From positions 1,056,001 through 1,120,000 of the forward strand of contig OY969696.1 in the NCBI GenBank assembly GCA_963702005.1: 64,000 nucleotides of DNA, read 5' to 3'. The position numbers and the translations under genes were made by a program. The notes beneath the pieces were generated by a model. The model worked only from the letters and a program-made list of their open reading frames with translations, searched no databases and was not told the DNA's origin. Of this stretch, positions 9,944 through 20,579 are shown one piece after another (positions within the stretch are counted from its first letter, which is position 1; each line of letters opens with the position of its first letter). This stretch comes from Candidatus Aminicenantes bacterium (GTDB lineage: Bacteria; Acidobacteriota; Aminicenantia; Aminicenantales; JAFGBC01).

Positions 9944-12664
9944 TCAGAGCCTGAAACAATAGCTGAACTTGACCAGGAAGACGTTTCCGGGGTGGACGTC
10001 GAAGAGGTCGCGGAAGCCGTCCCCGAAGGCGAACTGGCCGGTATGGTCAAAACCCGTCCGGTCCTGCGACCAGACCAGATAGAGGACCGAGCCGGGGAGG
10101 TATTCCCAGCGGATGACCAGGTTCGACCGGAACTGAAAGAAGTTGAAGTTCGGGTTGGGGAATGAATAGTCGGCCAGGCCGTCGCCGTTTTCGTCGATGT
10201 TATAAACCCCTTCGACCGGGTCGGAGGAGATTTCTCCGGGCCCGAAGAGATGAAAGCGACCTTCGAGGGTGGCCGCGCGAGAGTCCGTGATGCGCTTGAA
10301 TTTCGAGTAGGTCCCCGCCGATATATAGGGCATGCCGTAGTACTGGATCGAGAGCTCGGGCGTCAGGCTCCAGTTGAGCCGGACGGTCAGCCCGACCGTT
10401 TTCTGGCCGAGGGCGGCCATGATATAGCGGGGCTCGTCGCCGCGCGCGCATTGAGTGACCCACTGGAGCATGGGCTTATAGACTTCGAACTGGGGGCTCA
10501 GGGTTAAAGTCAGGGCGTTCGAAGCCTGGTAGGTGACGCCGACCGAGAGACTCCGGTCCGACATATAGCCCCGGTCGCCTTGGTAGCTCGATCCCATGAA
10601 GTTGTATTGAAATTTTCGCCGCGTATCGGAACTGAGCTGGCCCCACATGTTCCAGCCGCCCTGGGTGCGGAGGGACGGGCCGCCCCTCAGGGCCGTGGCC
10701 GACAAGCCGGGGAACTGGCGGTTGATTCCAAGCCCGAACTGCCAGTAATTCTTGAACCGTCCCCAGAAATTGACGTTCCCGCCCATGAAGATCCGCTCGC
10801 CCCCGAAATTCAGGCCGACCCATTGGTTAAAGTTGACCTGGACTTCGCGGAAGACGCTGAAGGGCTTCCACCACCGGTAGCCGGCCCAGAAGTACTGCAT
10901 GGCGGCGTCGGCGTAGCGGGTGTAGCCCATGTCGTTGACCTCGAACCCGGGCGAGCGCCAAGTGACGCCCGTCGAAAAACTGAGATGGCCGCTCCCGGAT
11001 TTATTGAAGGTCAATGTCCCGCCGTGTCCGCTCAGCGAACGCCGCGCCGGGTCGAGCTTGAGATAATCGGCGTCGGGGCGCTGGAAATAGCGAAGCGAGG
11101 AGAGCTGCGTCCGGAGCAGGGCCTCCTCGCTCCCGCGGACCAGGCTGAAGGCGGTCATGAATTGAATCGAATAGGTCCGGTTCTTCCAGGTGTGGTTGAT
11201 GTCGAACCCGCCGGCGTAGGCGGCGCTGTGGAGGAAATCCAGCTCGTCGCCCTTGAGGTTCCGGTTCACGGCCGTGATGATTCCCCCTACAACGGTGTCG
11301 CCGTGGTGATAATCCTTCTGAAACCGGAGGCCAAGGTAGTTCGTAGCCGGCTCGACCGGCTCCTGACGCGTCAGGCCGGAGAAGCTCAAGTCGGCATACT
11401 CGGCCGCGGTCACGGCGTCGATGACGCCGATCGAGACGCCCGAGCGGGTTTTGCCGGTCAGCTTGAAAGCGCCGATAATATTGGTGCTGCTGGGCATGTC
11501 GACGTATTCGCCCTGGCCGACCTCGACTTCGCGCTGGGGATAGCGCCCGATCCGGCGCGAGTAGAAGAGGTTGTCCTGGGAGAAGTCGCCGTCTCCGCCC
11601 AGCATATCGAAGCTGATGATGTTCCGGCCCTCGATGAAGAAAGGCCGCTTTTCCTCGTAGTAGGTCTCAAAGGCCGTCAAGTTGACGACCGAGGGGTCGG
11701 CCTCGACCTGGCCGAAGTCGGGGTAGATCGTGAAGTCGAGGGTCAGGTCGCTGGTGACGCCGACCTTGCCGTCCAGGCCGCCGAACAGGCTCGAGCGGCT
11801 TCCGGTGGCGAACGGATTGCCCGGTTCGGCCCGGAAAGCCCGGGTGCGGCCGACCGAATAGGGGGTGAGCTCGACCTGACGTTGCGGCCTGAGGCCGTCG
11901 AGTCCGCGCAGCTCGCCGAAGCAGTGGACTAAGCCCGAGGCGTCGCGAGGGATGAACTGCCAGAAGGAGGTCTCCTGGCTGCGGAAGAATTTGCGATTGA
12001 CCTGGACACCCCAGCTGCTTTGGGCGCCGCCGGCGTAGCGGAGCTGGGACAAGGGGATCCTCATCTCGGCCGTCCAGCCCTCCCCGTCCACGGCCGTCTC
12101 GGCGTCCCAGATCGGGTTCCAGTCCGGGTCTTCGACCTGGCCGTCGCCGGACAGGAACAAATCGGACTTGACACCGGCCGCGTTGACCATGAAGCAGAAG
12201 GCGGAGAGGTGGTCGTAGTAGCTGTCGAGCTGGATCTCGACCCAATCGCCGTCGACGGTGTCGCGCCGGGCCAGGCGCCGCACGATCTTCCCCGGCTCAT
12301 TGTCATGGGCTCGGATCGCGACATACAGGTTTTTCTCGTCGTAGAGAATCTTGAAGGATGTCTGCTGGGTCGGGGCCTTTCCCTCGTTGGGTTCGCGCTG
12401 GACGAAATCGCCGGCCCACTCGACCTTGGCCCAGGCCGGATCGTCGAGGCGGGCGTCGATAACCGGGGCGTGGGGGTTGACGGCGTGCGTCGTATAGACT
12501 TTTTTGACGGGGGGCTCGGCCGCTTTCAGATAGGCCGGGAGGCCTAAGCCAAAAATGAGCGCCGCCCCTATCAGCAGGCCCGTCGGAGACGCTAAAGGCC
12601 TGATAGAGCCCGTTTTTCCGGTTTTCGCCGCCATCTCGAACCTCTTTCCGTCCCGAGTGACCAT
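9944..12664 (-). CDS. CBM9-like sugar-binding + DUF5916 outer-membrane protein
   Basis: PVIDARLDDPAW, WTAEMRIPLSQLRY and PDFGQVEADPSVVNLTAFETYYEEKRPFF motifs. C-terminal beta-strand pattern. Start may be ATG 12634. Confidence 0.8.
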   Translation of the reverse strand: MVTRDGKRFEMAAKTGKTGSIRPLASPTGLLIGAALIFGLGLPAYLKAAEPPVKKVYTTHAVNPHAPVIDARLDDPAWAKVEWAGDFVQREPNEGKAPTQQTSFKILYDEKNLYVAIRAHDNEPGKIVRRLARRDTVDGDWVEIQLDSYYDHLSAFCFMVNAAGVKSDLFLSGDGQVEDPDWNPIWDAETAVDGEGWTAEMRIPLSQLRYAGGAQSSWGVQVNRKFFRSQETSFWQFIPRDASGLVHCFGELRGLDGLRPQRQVELTPYSVGRTRAFRAEPGNPFATGSRSSLFGGLDGKVGVTSDLTLDFTIYPDFGQVEADPSVVNLTAFETYYEEKRPFFIEGRNIISFDMLGGDGDFSQDNLFYSRRIGRYPQREVEVGQGEYVDMPSSTNIIGAFKLTGKTRSGVSIGVIDAVTAAEYADLSFSGLTRQEPVEPATNYLGLRFQKDYHHGDTVVGGIITAVNRNLKGDELDFLHSAAYAGGFDINHTWKNRTYSIQFMTAFSLVRGSEEALLRTQLSSLRYFQRPDADYLKLDPARRSLSGHGGTLTFNKSGSGHLSFSTGVTWRSPGFEVNDMGYTRYADAAMQYFWAGYRWWKPFSVFREVQVNFNQWVGLNFGGERIFMGGNVNFWGRFKNYWQFGLGINRQFPGLSATALRGGPSLRTQGGWNMWGQLSSDTRRKFQYNFMGSSYQGDRGYMSDRSLSVGVTYQASNALTLTLSPQFEVYKPMLQWVTQCARGDEPRYIMAALGQKTVGLTVRLNWSLTPELSIQYYGMPYISAGTYSKFKRITDSRAATLEGRFHLFGPGEISSDPVEGVYNIDENGDGLADYSFPNPNFNFFQFRSNLVIRWEYLPGSVLYLVWSQDRTGFDHTGQFAFGDGFRDLFDVHPGNVFLVKFSYCFRL

Positions 12665-12804
12665 TCAGAGGTATATACTCGGATAGGCCCGAAAAGGTTG
12701 ACAGGCTATCCCATTTTAGATTCGGCGGGCCGGGGCGATAGGATTGACTTCCCCCCCGGAAAACCATAATCTAAAGACATCCTCGGAGGGGAGATCAGGG
12801 GCGC

Positions 12805-15800
12805 ATGAAGTGCCCGATATGTAACACCGATAATCCTTCCGGCTCGAAGTTCTGCCGGGAGTGTGCCACTCCCATCCCGGCCGAAGCATCGGGGAGGGGG
12901 GTCCGCGCCTCCTTCACCCGAACGCTTGAAACGCCGTCCGAGGAGCTCGCGCGGGGGACGCTGTTCGCCGGCCGCTACGAGATCATCGAGGAGCTGGGCC
13001 ACGGCGGTATGGGCCGGGTCTACAAGGTCTTCGACGCCGACATCAAGGAGAAAATCGCCCTCAAGGTCCTGCGGCCCGAAATCGCCCTGGACAAGGAGAC
13101 CGTTGAGCGCTTCTCGAACGAACTGAAGCTCGCGCGGAAGATCAGCCACCGGAACGTCTGCCGCATGTTCGACCTGGGCAAGGCCGAGAGTACGACCTTC
13201 ATCACGATGGAGTTCGTGCCCGGCGAGGACCTGAAGAAGCTCATCCGCAAAACAGGCCAGCTCGGGGCGGGCCGGGCCGTATCGATCGCCAAGCAGGTCT
13301 GCGAAGGCTTAGCGGAGGCCCACGGCCTGGGCATCGTCCACCGCGACCTGAAGCCCCAGAATATCATGGTGGACGAGGACGGAAACGCCCGGATCATGGA
13401 CTTCGGCATCGCCCGCTCGATCAAAGCCAAAGGCATCACGGGCGCCGGGGTGATGATCGGGACGCCGGAGTACATGTCGCCGGAGCAGGTGGAGGGCAAG
13501 GAGGTCGATCAACGCTCGGATATCTATTCCCTGGGCATCATCCTCTACGAGATGCTGACCGGCCATGTGCCGTTCGAGGGCGACACGCCGTTCACGATCG
13601 GGGTCAAGCACAAAAGCGAAACCCCGCGCGACCCCCGCGACCTGAACACCCAGATCCCCCAGGACCTCGACCGCCTGGTCCTCAGATGCTTGGAAAAAGA
13701 AAAGGCGAAGCGCTACCAAAGCGCCATTGATCTCCACGCCGACCTGGAGAAGGTCGAGCAGGGCCTGCCGACGACCGAGCGCGTCGTCTCAAAGCGGAAG
13801 CCGTTCACCTCGCGGGAGATCACCGTCAAGTTCAACCTCAAAAAGCTCGTCCTGCCGTTGTCGGCCGTTATCGTGCTGGCCGCCGCGGCCGTCTTTCTCT
13901 GGAAATTCATCCCTCACAAGAAGGCGCCTGCCGCGCCCAAGATCGAGAACTCGATCGCCGTGATCAGCTTCGAAAATCAGACCGGTGACAAAAGCTATGA
14001 CTACCTCCAAAAAGCCATCCCCAATCTTCTCATCACCAGCCTTGAGCAGAACGGCGGCGCCTATGTCGCCACCTGGGAGCGGCTGCGCGACCTTCTGAAA
14101 CAAATGGGACAAGGGGAAAAGGACACGATCGAGGCCGACGTCGGCTTCGAGCTCTGCCGCCGGGAAGGCATTCAGGCCCTCGTCCTGGGAAGCTACGTGA
14201 AAGCCGGCGATATGTTCGCCCTGGATGTCAAGGTGCTGGACGTTGAGACGAAAAAGCTTCTCAAGAGCTCCGGTTCAAAGGGCAAGGGGGTGGATAGTAT
14301 CCTTGAGAGCCAAATCGACGAACTATCGCGGGAGATATGGCAGGGAATCGGATTGTCGGCCGTGGGATTTGAATTCGCCCCAACAAAAGTGGCAAATGTC
14401 ACGACCACCTCCATGGAGGCTTACAACTATTTTCTGAAGGGTGACGAAGAGCTCAACAGACTGCATTGGGAACGTGGCCGTCAATTTCTTGCCAAGGCGG
14501 TTGAGCTCGATCCGACTTTTGCCCTAGCCCATCTTTGGCTCTCCGACACCTTCCTCGCTTCGGGCGATCACAGGGCTTGGCGTGAAGAACTCGAGTTAGC
14601 AAAAAAATACTCAGAGAAAGCCACGGAAAAAGAAAAGCTCTACATCGAAGCCAATTATGCCCGCGATATAAAAAAGGACTCCCTCGCCTATTTAAACCTG
14701 ATGGAGCAATTGGTACAAAAATACCCCAAAGAAAAACAATTCCATTTTGATCTTGGCGCTATTCTCCTGAATACGGACTTGCCCAGGGCGATTGAGGAAA
14801 TCACCAAAGCCTTGGAACTTGATCCCCAATTTGGACCCGCTTCAAATGAACTAGCCATAATTTACAGAGGAACAGGGGATTACGAGAAATCACTTGAATT
14901 GTTCAGAAGATCTGCCGCCCTTTATCCCGGCGATGCCGATCCGCTCGATTCCATGGCCTGGACGTATCTCCGGATGGGCGATCTCGACCAGGCCCGAGCG
15001 AAATTCAAAGAAGCTCTTGAGGCCGAACCTGATTTTTTTTGGTCGCTCAAGGGAATATTCTATGTTTCTGCTCTAAGCCAGGATTATCCCGAAGCGAAGA
15101 AATGGGCCGACCATCTCATTTCCATGGTCAAATCCCCGGGACTGATCATGGAGGGATATTGGCACCGGGCATTGTTGGAGTTTTGGCTGGGTCAGATCAA
15201 AAGGGCCTCGGAGACGCTTCGGGAAGCCGGCGACCTGGCCGATAAGATATCCAACAAGAACGCCCGGATTTTCGCGGATTATATCAAAAGTTGCATCCAC
15301 TTTGAGAGAGGCGAGTTCGAGCTCGGCCGGAAATACCTTCAAGCCTGCTGGGACTATGAGACCCGGACATATCCGGACACACGGGCATTCAACAAGATCA
15401 TCTACGCTTACGAGCTGGGCCTCATTGAGCTCGAACTCGGGCGAATCGATTCGGTCAGATCGAGAGTGGCGAATATCAAAGCCTACCTCACGAAGCCCAG
15501 GGCTGAGTTCACCTGGGACCTTTCCCATTATTATGATCTTCTATCCGCGGAGATATTGTTGCGGGAGGGCGCGGCCAAGGCGGCCATAGGCCTCCTTGCC
15601 AAGATGCCGCCTCAAAGACCGCCCGTATCTTACGGACAAATCTCTCTAATCGCCTATAACCTGCCTTCCTTTAAAGATACGCTGGCTCGGGCTTACCAAC
15701 AGAATGGAGAAATCGACAAGGCCATTGCCGAGTATGAGCGCCTGATCACCATCGGCCCGCAAAATATCTCGCGCGCTCTTATCCATCCCCTCAATTATTA

Positions 15801-15948
15801 TCGCCTGGCCAAGCTCTATGATCAGAAAGGCGCGACGGCCAAAGCCACTGAAAACTATCGACGTTTCCTCGACCTCTGGAAGGACGCCGATGCGGGATTG
15901 CCGGAGGTCGCGGAGGCGAAGAAGCGACTGGCAAGGCTTGGAGCATGA
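12805..15948 (+). CDS. Receptor-type Ser/Thr protein kinase (zinc ribbon - Hanks kinase - TM - TolB_N/FlgO-like - TPR)
   Basis: CxxC...CxxC N-terminus, GxGGMG, HRDLKPQN, DFG, GTPEYMSPEQ, a TM helix, then SIAVISFEN and TPR repeats. Confidence 0.92.
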   Translation: MKCPICNTDNPSGSKFCRECATPIPAEASGRGVRASFTRTLETPSEELARGTLFAGRYEIIEELGHGGMGRVYKVFDADIKEKIALKVLRPEIALDKETVERFSNELKLARKISHRNVCRMFDLGKAESTTFITMEFVPGEDLKKLIRKTGQLGAGRAVSIAKQVCEGLAEAHGLGIVHRDLKPQNIMVDEDGNARIMDFGIARSIKAKGITGAGVMIGTPEYMSPEQVEGKEVDQRSDIYSLGIILYEMLTGHVPFEGDTPFTIGVKHKSETPRDPRDLNTQIPQDLDRLVLRCLEKEKAKRYQSAIDLHADLEKVEQGLPTTERVVSKRKPFTSREITVKFNLKKLVLPLSAVIVLAAAAVFLWKFIPHKKAPAAPKIENSIAVISFENQTGDKSYDYLQKAIPNLLITSLEQNGGAYVATWERLRDLLKQMGQGEKDTIEADVGFELCRREGIQALVLGSYVKAGDMFALDVKVLDVETKKLLKSSGSKGKGVDSILESQIDELSREIWQGIGLSAVGFEFAPTKVANVTTTSMEAYNYFLKGDEELNRLHWERGRQFLAKAVELDPTFALAHLWLSDTFLASGDHRAWREELELAKKYSEKATEKEKLYIEANYARDIKKDSLAYLNLMEQLVQKYPKEKQFHFDLGAILLNTDLPRAIEEITKALELDPQFGPASNELAIIYRGTGDYEKSLELFRRSAALYPGDADPLDSMAWTYLRMGDLDQARAKFKEALEAEPDFFWSLKGIFYVSALSQDYPEAKKWADHLISMVKSPGLIMEGYWHRALLEFWLGQIKRASETLREAGDLADKISNKNARIFADYIKSCIHFERGEFELGRKYLQACWDYETRTYPDTRAFNKIIYAYELGLIELELGRIDSVRSRVANIKAYLTKPRAEFTWDLSHYYDLLSAEILLREGAAKAAIGLLAKMPPQRPPVSYGQISLIAYNLPSFKDTLARAYQQNGEIDKAIAEYERLITIGPQNISRALIHPLNYYRLAKLYDQKGATAKATENYRRFLDLWKDADAGLPEVAEAKKRLARLGA

Positions 15949-16023
15949 GTGAGCGAGCTTGCGCTGCTCTGAGCCATGAGATCAACAGTCGCGCGACAGA
16001 AAAATGGATAGCATCGCACAGTC

Positions 16024-16049
16024 TTGACATTTACTCAATATTGAGTAAA
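16024..16049 (+). promoter_or_regulatory. -35 box with an abutting perfect 20-bp palindrome (putative autoregulatory operator)
   Basis: TTGACA at 16024-16029, then TTTACTCAAT|ATTGAGTAAA at 16030-16049, upstream of the wHTH-MNT gene. Confidence 0.7.
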
Positions 16050-16073
16050 CATTTATTCAAAACGGGATAGACG

Positions 16074-16652
16074 ATGCTGGGTATTCTCACCAAGTCGGCG
16101 ATTCGGAGAAAGATCATCATCCTGTTCGTCTATAATCAGCGGAAGGAATTCTATTTGAGCGAGATCGCCCGTTTGGTGAAAACGACGCCCGGCACGGCCC
16201 AGCGGGAGCTGAACAGGCTTCTGACCCAAGATTTCATCGCCTTCAGGAAAAAAGGCAACCTGAGCCTCTACAAGCTTAACCCCGGCTATGGCCTTCTCAA
16301 GGAAATCGAGGTGATTGTCCGGAAGACGTTTGGGGCCGAGGTGGAGCTCAAGAAGGAGCTGGGCAAGGTCAAAGGCATTTCCTTCGCTTTTCTCTTCGGA
16401 TCGTATGCGAAAGACTCCCTGAAGTCGCGTTCGGACATCGATCTCTTTATCGTCGGCGACCCCGTCGATGACGACGTCTACCGCGCCGTGCGGCGGGTCG
16501 AGGAAATCGTCGGCAGGGAAATCAACTATCATCTCGCGGGAGAGGCCGAGTTCGCCCAAAAATCCAAGACGCGTTCCTTTTTAAAAGACATCGTCGCCAA
16601 GCCTCTGATGATTCTGGGAAAGGAAAATGAACTCCGACAGCGTCTTATCTAA
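16074..16652 (+). CDS. wHTH + minimal nucleotidyltransferase (MNT antitoxin)
   Basis: N-terminal HTH (LSEIARLV...GTAQRELNRL) and LFGSYA...SDIDL polymerase-beta superfamily motif. Confidence 0.88.
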   Translation: MLGILTKSAIRRKIIILFVYNQRKEFYLSEIARLVKTTPGTAQRELNRLLTQDFIAFRKKGNLSLYKLNPGYGLLKEIEVIVRKTFGAEVELKKELGKVKGISFAFLFGSYAKDSLKSRSDIDLFIVGDPVDDDVYRAVRRVEEIVGREINYHLAGEAEFAQKSKTRSFLKDIVAKPLMILGKENELRQRLI

Positions 16653-16878
16653 GCTTGCGCGCGAAGGGAAGCTCAAGCGACAGAAGGCCGACCTCGACTA
16701 TCTCAATAAAATCCAGAGATTCCGGGTCAAAAGGAACGAATGTCTTTACGATCCCAGAGGATTGATCGGGAAAAACGAAGCCGAGGCGATCCATCAAACT
16801 GCGAAAGAATTTTGGGGCAAAGTCCGAACCTATCTTGAAAAGGAAAATCCCCAACTGAAGCTTTTCAGGGAGGTCTAG
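16627..16878 (+). pseudogene. HEPN-family toxin, apparently internally deleted
   Basis: Overlaps the MNT stop and keeps RVKRNECLYD plus the terminal EAEAI helix. At 83 aa it lacks the central helices of a HEPN domain. Confidence 0.6.
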
Positions 16879-16886
16879 GGACTGAA

Positions 16887-19800
16887 ATGAAGTGCCCGCA
16901 ATGTCATACAGAAAACTCCCGGGATTCCAAGTTCTGTAAATCCTGCGCCACGCCGCTCCCCTCGCCCAAAGACCATACGCCGGCCATGACCGAAACCTTT
17001 CAAACACCCATCAAGGAACTGACCACCGGCGCAACATTCGCCGGCCGCTACCAGATCATCGAGGAGCTCGGCCAGGGCGGGATGGGGCGAGTTTACAAGG
17101 TTTATGACACTAAAATCAAGGAAAAGATCGCCCTCAAGCTGATCCGGCCCGAGATCGCGGCGGACGAGGAGGCCCTGGAGCGGTTCGGCAACGAACTGCG
17201 CCTCGCCCGGAAGATCCGGCATAAGAACATCTGCGGGATGTTCGACCTGGGCGAGGCCGCAGCTGTCCACTTCATCACCATGGAATACGTCTCCGGCGAG
17301 GATTTGAAGGGCATGATGCGCATGTCGGGCAGCCTGAGCCTGGGCATGTTGCTGAGCGTCGGAAAGCAGGTCTGCGACGGCCTGGCCGAAGCCCACCGCC
17401 TGGGCATCGTCCACCGCGACCTGAAGCCGCAGAACATCATGATCGACCGGGGCGGGAGCGCCAAGATCATGGATTTCGGGATCGCCCGCTCGCTCAAGCA
17501 GAAGGGGATCACCGGGGCGAGCACGATGATCGGCACTCCGGAATATATGTCTCCGGAGCAGGCCGAGGCTAAAGAAGTGGACGCCCGGTCCGACCTCTAT
17601 TCCCTGGGGATCATCCTTTACGAAATGGCGACCGGACAGGTGCCGTTTGAAGGCGATACGGCGCTCAGCGTCGCCATGAAGCACAAGGCTGAAATTCCTA
17701 AAAACCCCAAGCTGCTCAACCCGAATATCCCCGCGGACCTGGCCTCGGTCATTCTCAAATGCCTGGCCAAAGATAAAGAGAAAAGGTACCAGAGCGCCGC
17801 GGAGCTGCACGCCGACCTAGACAAGATCGAAAAGGGCCTGCCCACGACCGAGCGCATCGTCCCGGAGAAGAAGCCCGTCACCTCGCGGGAGATCACTCTG
17901 AAGCTCACTCCAAAGAAGTTCCTTGTGCCCGGTCTCGCCTTCATGGCCGTCGCCGCCGTCGCCATCATTCTCTGGCGCGTTCTCCCGTCCCAGAGCGTGC
18001 CCTCCGCGCCGAAGATCGAAAACTCGGTCGCGGTCATAGACTTTGAAAATCAGACGGGCGATAAAAGCTATGATTACCTCCGGAAAGCGATCCCCAATCT
18101 GATAATCACCAACCTCGAGCAAACGGGAAACCTCTATGTCCCGACCTGGGAACGGCTGCGCGATCTTCTCAAGCAATTGAACCGAGAGAACGCGGAGATC
18201 ATAAGCGGAGAGCTGGGTTTCGAGCTCTGCCGCCTGGAAGGGATCAGGACCATCGTCCTGGGAAGCTTTACCAGGGCCGGGAACGTGTTCGCCACGGACG
18301 TCAAGCTCCTGGACGCGGAAACCAAGCGGACGATTAAGAGCGCCAGCTCCAGGGGAGAAGGCGTCGACAGCATCCTTAAAACTCAGATCGACGAACTGAG
18401 CGGGGAAATATCGAAAGGCATCGGACTTCCGGCCGGAGCAGAGGGGGCCGCCCCGCTGCCCGTCGCCGAAATCACGACGTCTTCGATGGAAGCCTATCAC
18501 TATTTTTTGAAAGGAAACGAAGAGAGGGAAAAATTCTATTATCCGGAATCCCTCGAGTCTTATAAAAGGGCCGTGGCCATCGACCCGACCTTCGCCGCCG
18601 CCTATCAGGGTCTCTCCTGGGCCTGCGACTTGATGTTCGAGTCCAGAGCCAGTCGCGGGGCCCTCGATAAAGCCCGGTTCTACGCCCGGAAAGCGACGGA
18701 AAAAGAGAGGCTCTACATCGAGGCGGATTATGCGGCCTTTATCGAGAGGGATGGACCGAAATCCATCCGGCTCTTGAAACAAATTGTCGGCAAGTATCCC
18801 AAAGAAAAGCGCGCTCATTTGGCTCTGGCCAACTCGTACGGCTATCATAATATGCTTGAAGCCATTGAAGAATTGAAAAAGGCCTTGGAGATCGACCCCA
18901 ATTATGCCGACGCCTACAATTCGCTGGGATTGTATTATCGCTATCATGGCGATTTTGACGAGGCCCTTGAGGTGTTCAATAAATACGCCTCCGTTTCCCC
19001 CGATCAAGCCAACCCCATAGACAACCTGGCCAACCTCTATTTCCGGCAGGGACGGGTTGATGACGCCATAGCGAAATTCAAGGAGGCTTTGAGCATCAGG
19101 CCGGACTTTATTTGGTCGACGTTGGCCCTCAGCTACATCTCGGCTCTCAAACAGGATTATTCCGATGCCTTCCGGTTGCTGGATCAATTGATTACCGGGA
19201 TGAAGGGCGGTGGTGGCGAGTTCTTTGCCCGTTTGCCGAAGGCGTTTTTATGGGCCTGGCTGGGCAACCTGGAAAAGGCGTCGCGCGAATTCGCCATGAT
19301 TACCGATACGGCCGAACGGTTGGGGAACGAGGACATGAAGGGTATGGTCGATGAGATCAAGGCCTGGGCCTATTATGATCGAGGAGACCTCGAGCTCTGC
19401 CGGGATGGCTTTCATCAATATGAAACGTCCTACGCCCAAATCTACTCCGCATCCGCCAAAAACATGCCCGTGGGCGGACCGCCTAATTTCATCGTCAGTT
19501 TTAACAATGGATTCCTGGACTTGAAACTCGGCCGATTGGACTCCGCGAAGTCCAGATGGACGGAGGTGAAGGCTCTTTCATCCGAATCCGATAACGACCA
19601 AGTTTTTCACATCAACTATCTCCGGGGAGAGATTCTGCTCGCAGAGGGGAGACCTCTTGAGGCCATTTCTCTTCTTGAGAAGGCTCCCCCCAGGATCTTA
19701 ATCTCGCTTTCCTATAGCCCTTATCTGATCGCTTACAACTTTCCTTTCCTCAAGGACGCGCTGGCCCGGGCCTACGAACAGAACGGCGAGATCGATAAGG

Positions 19801-20027
19801 CCATTTCCGAATATGTGCGGCTGACAACCTATAACACCAGGAACAGGGAGCCATATCTCATTCACCCGAAGTATTACTATCGACTGGCGAAGCTCTATGA
19901 GAAAAAGGGTCTGGCCCTAAAGGCCCGGGAGAATTTCAAGCGCTTCCTCGACCTCTGGAAGGATGCCGACCCGGGCCAGCCGGAAGTTGAGGACGCGAAG
20001 AAGCGGCTCAACAGCCTGCAGAATTAG
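16887..20027 (+). CDS. Receptor-type Ser/Thr protein kinase with TPR ectodomain (paralogue of 12805..15948)
   Basis: Same architecture and motifs, shared C-terminal RFLDLWKDAD...EV..AKKRL. Confidence 0.92.
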   Translation: MKCPQCHTENSRDSKFCKSCATPLPSPKDHTPAMTETFQTPIKELTTGATFAGRYQIIEELGQGGMGRVYKVYDTKIKEKIALKLIRPEIAADEEALERFGNELRLARKIRHKNICGMFDLGEAAAVHFITMEYVSGEDLKGMMRMSGSLSLGMLLSVGKQVCDGLAEAHRLGIVHRDLKPQNIMIDRGGSAKIMDFGIARSLKQKGITGASTMIGTPEYMSPEQAEAKEVDARSDLYSLGIILYEMATGQVPFEGDTALSVAMKHKAEIPKNPKLLNPNIPADLASVILKCLAKDKEKRYQSAAELHADLDKIEKGLPTTERIVPEKKPVTSREITLKLTPKKFLVPGLAFMAVAAVAIILWRVLPSQSVPSAPKIENSVAVIDFENQTGDKSYDYLRKAIPNLIITNLEQTGNLYVPTWERLRDLLKQLNRENAEIISGELGFELCRLEGIRTIVLGSFTRAGNVFATDVKLLDAETKRTIKSASSRGEGVDSILKTQIDELSGEISKGIGLPAGAEGAAPLPVAEITTSSMEAYHYFLKGNEEREKFYYPESLESYKRAVAIDPTFAAAYQGLSWACDLMFESRASRGALDKARFYARKATEKERLYIEADYAAFIERDGPKSIRLLKQIVGKYPKEKRAHLALANSYGYHNMLEAIEELKKALEIDPNYADAYNSLGLYYRYHGDFDEALEVFNKYASVSPDQANPIDNLANLYFRQGRVDDAIAKFKEALSIRPDFIWSTLALSYISALKQDYSDAFRLLDQLITGMKGGGGEFFARLPKAFLWAWLGNLEKASREFAMITDTAERLGNEDMKGMVDEIKAWAYYDRGDLELCRDGFHQYETSYAQIYSASAKNMPVGGPPNFIVSFNNGFLDLKLGRLDSAKSRWTEVKALSSESDNDQVFHINYLRGEILLAEGRPLEAISLLEKAPPRILISLSYSPYLIAYNFPFLKDALARAYEQNGEIDKAISEYVRLTTYNTRNREPYLIHPKYYYRLAKLYEKKGLALKARENFKRFLDLWKDADPGQPEVEDAKKRLNSLQN

Positions 20028-20299
20028 CCTGACAACTCAGAATAGACTTCCCGTCGATGACCCACCCTAACGACAAGGATGATAAGTCGGGCTTCGTCCT
20101 TCTTGAAGATCACCCGATAGGCCCCGATGCGGAGTCGATAAAGGGCTTCTTCCGGACCGCTGAGCCTTCGGATGTTGTTCTTGAGCGCAGCCGGGTTCCC
20201 GGCCAGGATCAGAAGCTTGGCCCTAATAATTTTCTGCCTGGCCCGGTCGATCCGTTTGAACTCGTCCAGCGCCCTGTCCAGAAACACAAGTCTATACAA
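20024..20299 (-). CDS. RelE/ParE-family type II toxin
   Basis: 91 aa basic protein with YRLRIGAYRVIF and VRVGHRREVY. TTG start directly after the antitoxin stop. Confidence 0.88.
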   Translation of the reverse strand: MYRLVFLDRALDEFKRIDRARQKIIRAKLLILAGNPAALKNNIRRLSGPEEALYRLRIGAYRVIFKKDEARLIILVVRVGHRREVYSELSG

Positions 20300-20524
20300 T
20301 CAGATTCCCAGGTCCTTCCAGACATCGTCGGCGTCGATGAGCTTGGCCTTTCCCTTTTCGAGGTCCTTCAGACGCTTCCGTGCAACCTTCAGGTCCAGGA
20401 GGTCGAAATAGACCTCCAAGGCCTTCTCGATCAGAGAGCTCTTTTTTTCGCCGAGCTCTTTGGCCAGACTCTCCAGCTCCCGCGAAACCTCCGCGTCGAT
20501 CGTGATGTTATGCCGCACCTGCAT
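20300..20524 (-). CDS. Ribbon-helix-helix antitoxin (RelB/DUF6290-like)
   Basis: RHNITID strand followed by helices and DADDVWKDLGI tail. GAGGAGG RBS before ATG 20524. Confidence 0.82.
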   Translation of the reverse strand: MQVRHNITIDAEVSRELESLAKELGEKKSSLIEKALEVYFDLLDLKVARKRLKDLEKGKAKLIDADDVWKDLGI

Positions 20525-20542
20525 ATTCTCGGCCTCCTCGGC

Positions 20543-20579
20543 TATACACAAATTATACACAATTATTGTGTATAATCAA
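20543..20579 (-). promoter_or_regulatory. TA promoter with operator palindrome
   Basis: ATTATACACAAT-T-ATTGTGTATAAT (20552-20576) plus an extra TATACACAA half-site. Overlaps TTGATT-N16-TATAAT on the minus strand. Confidence 0.75.
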
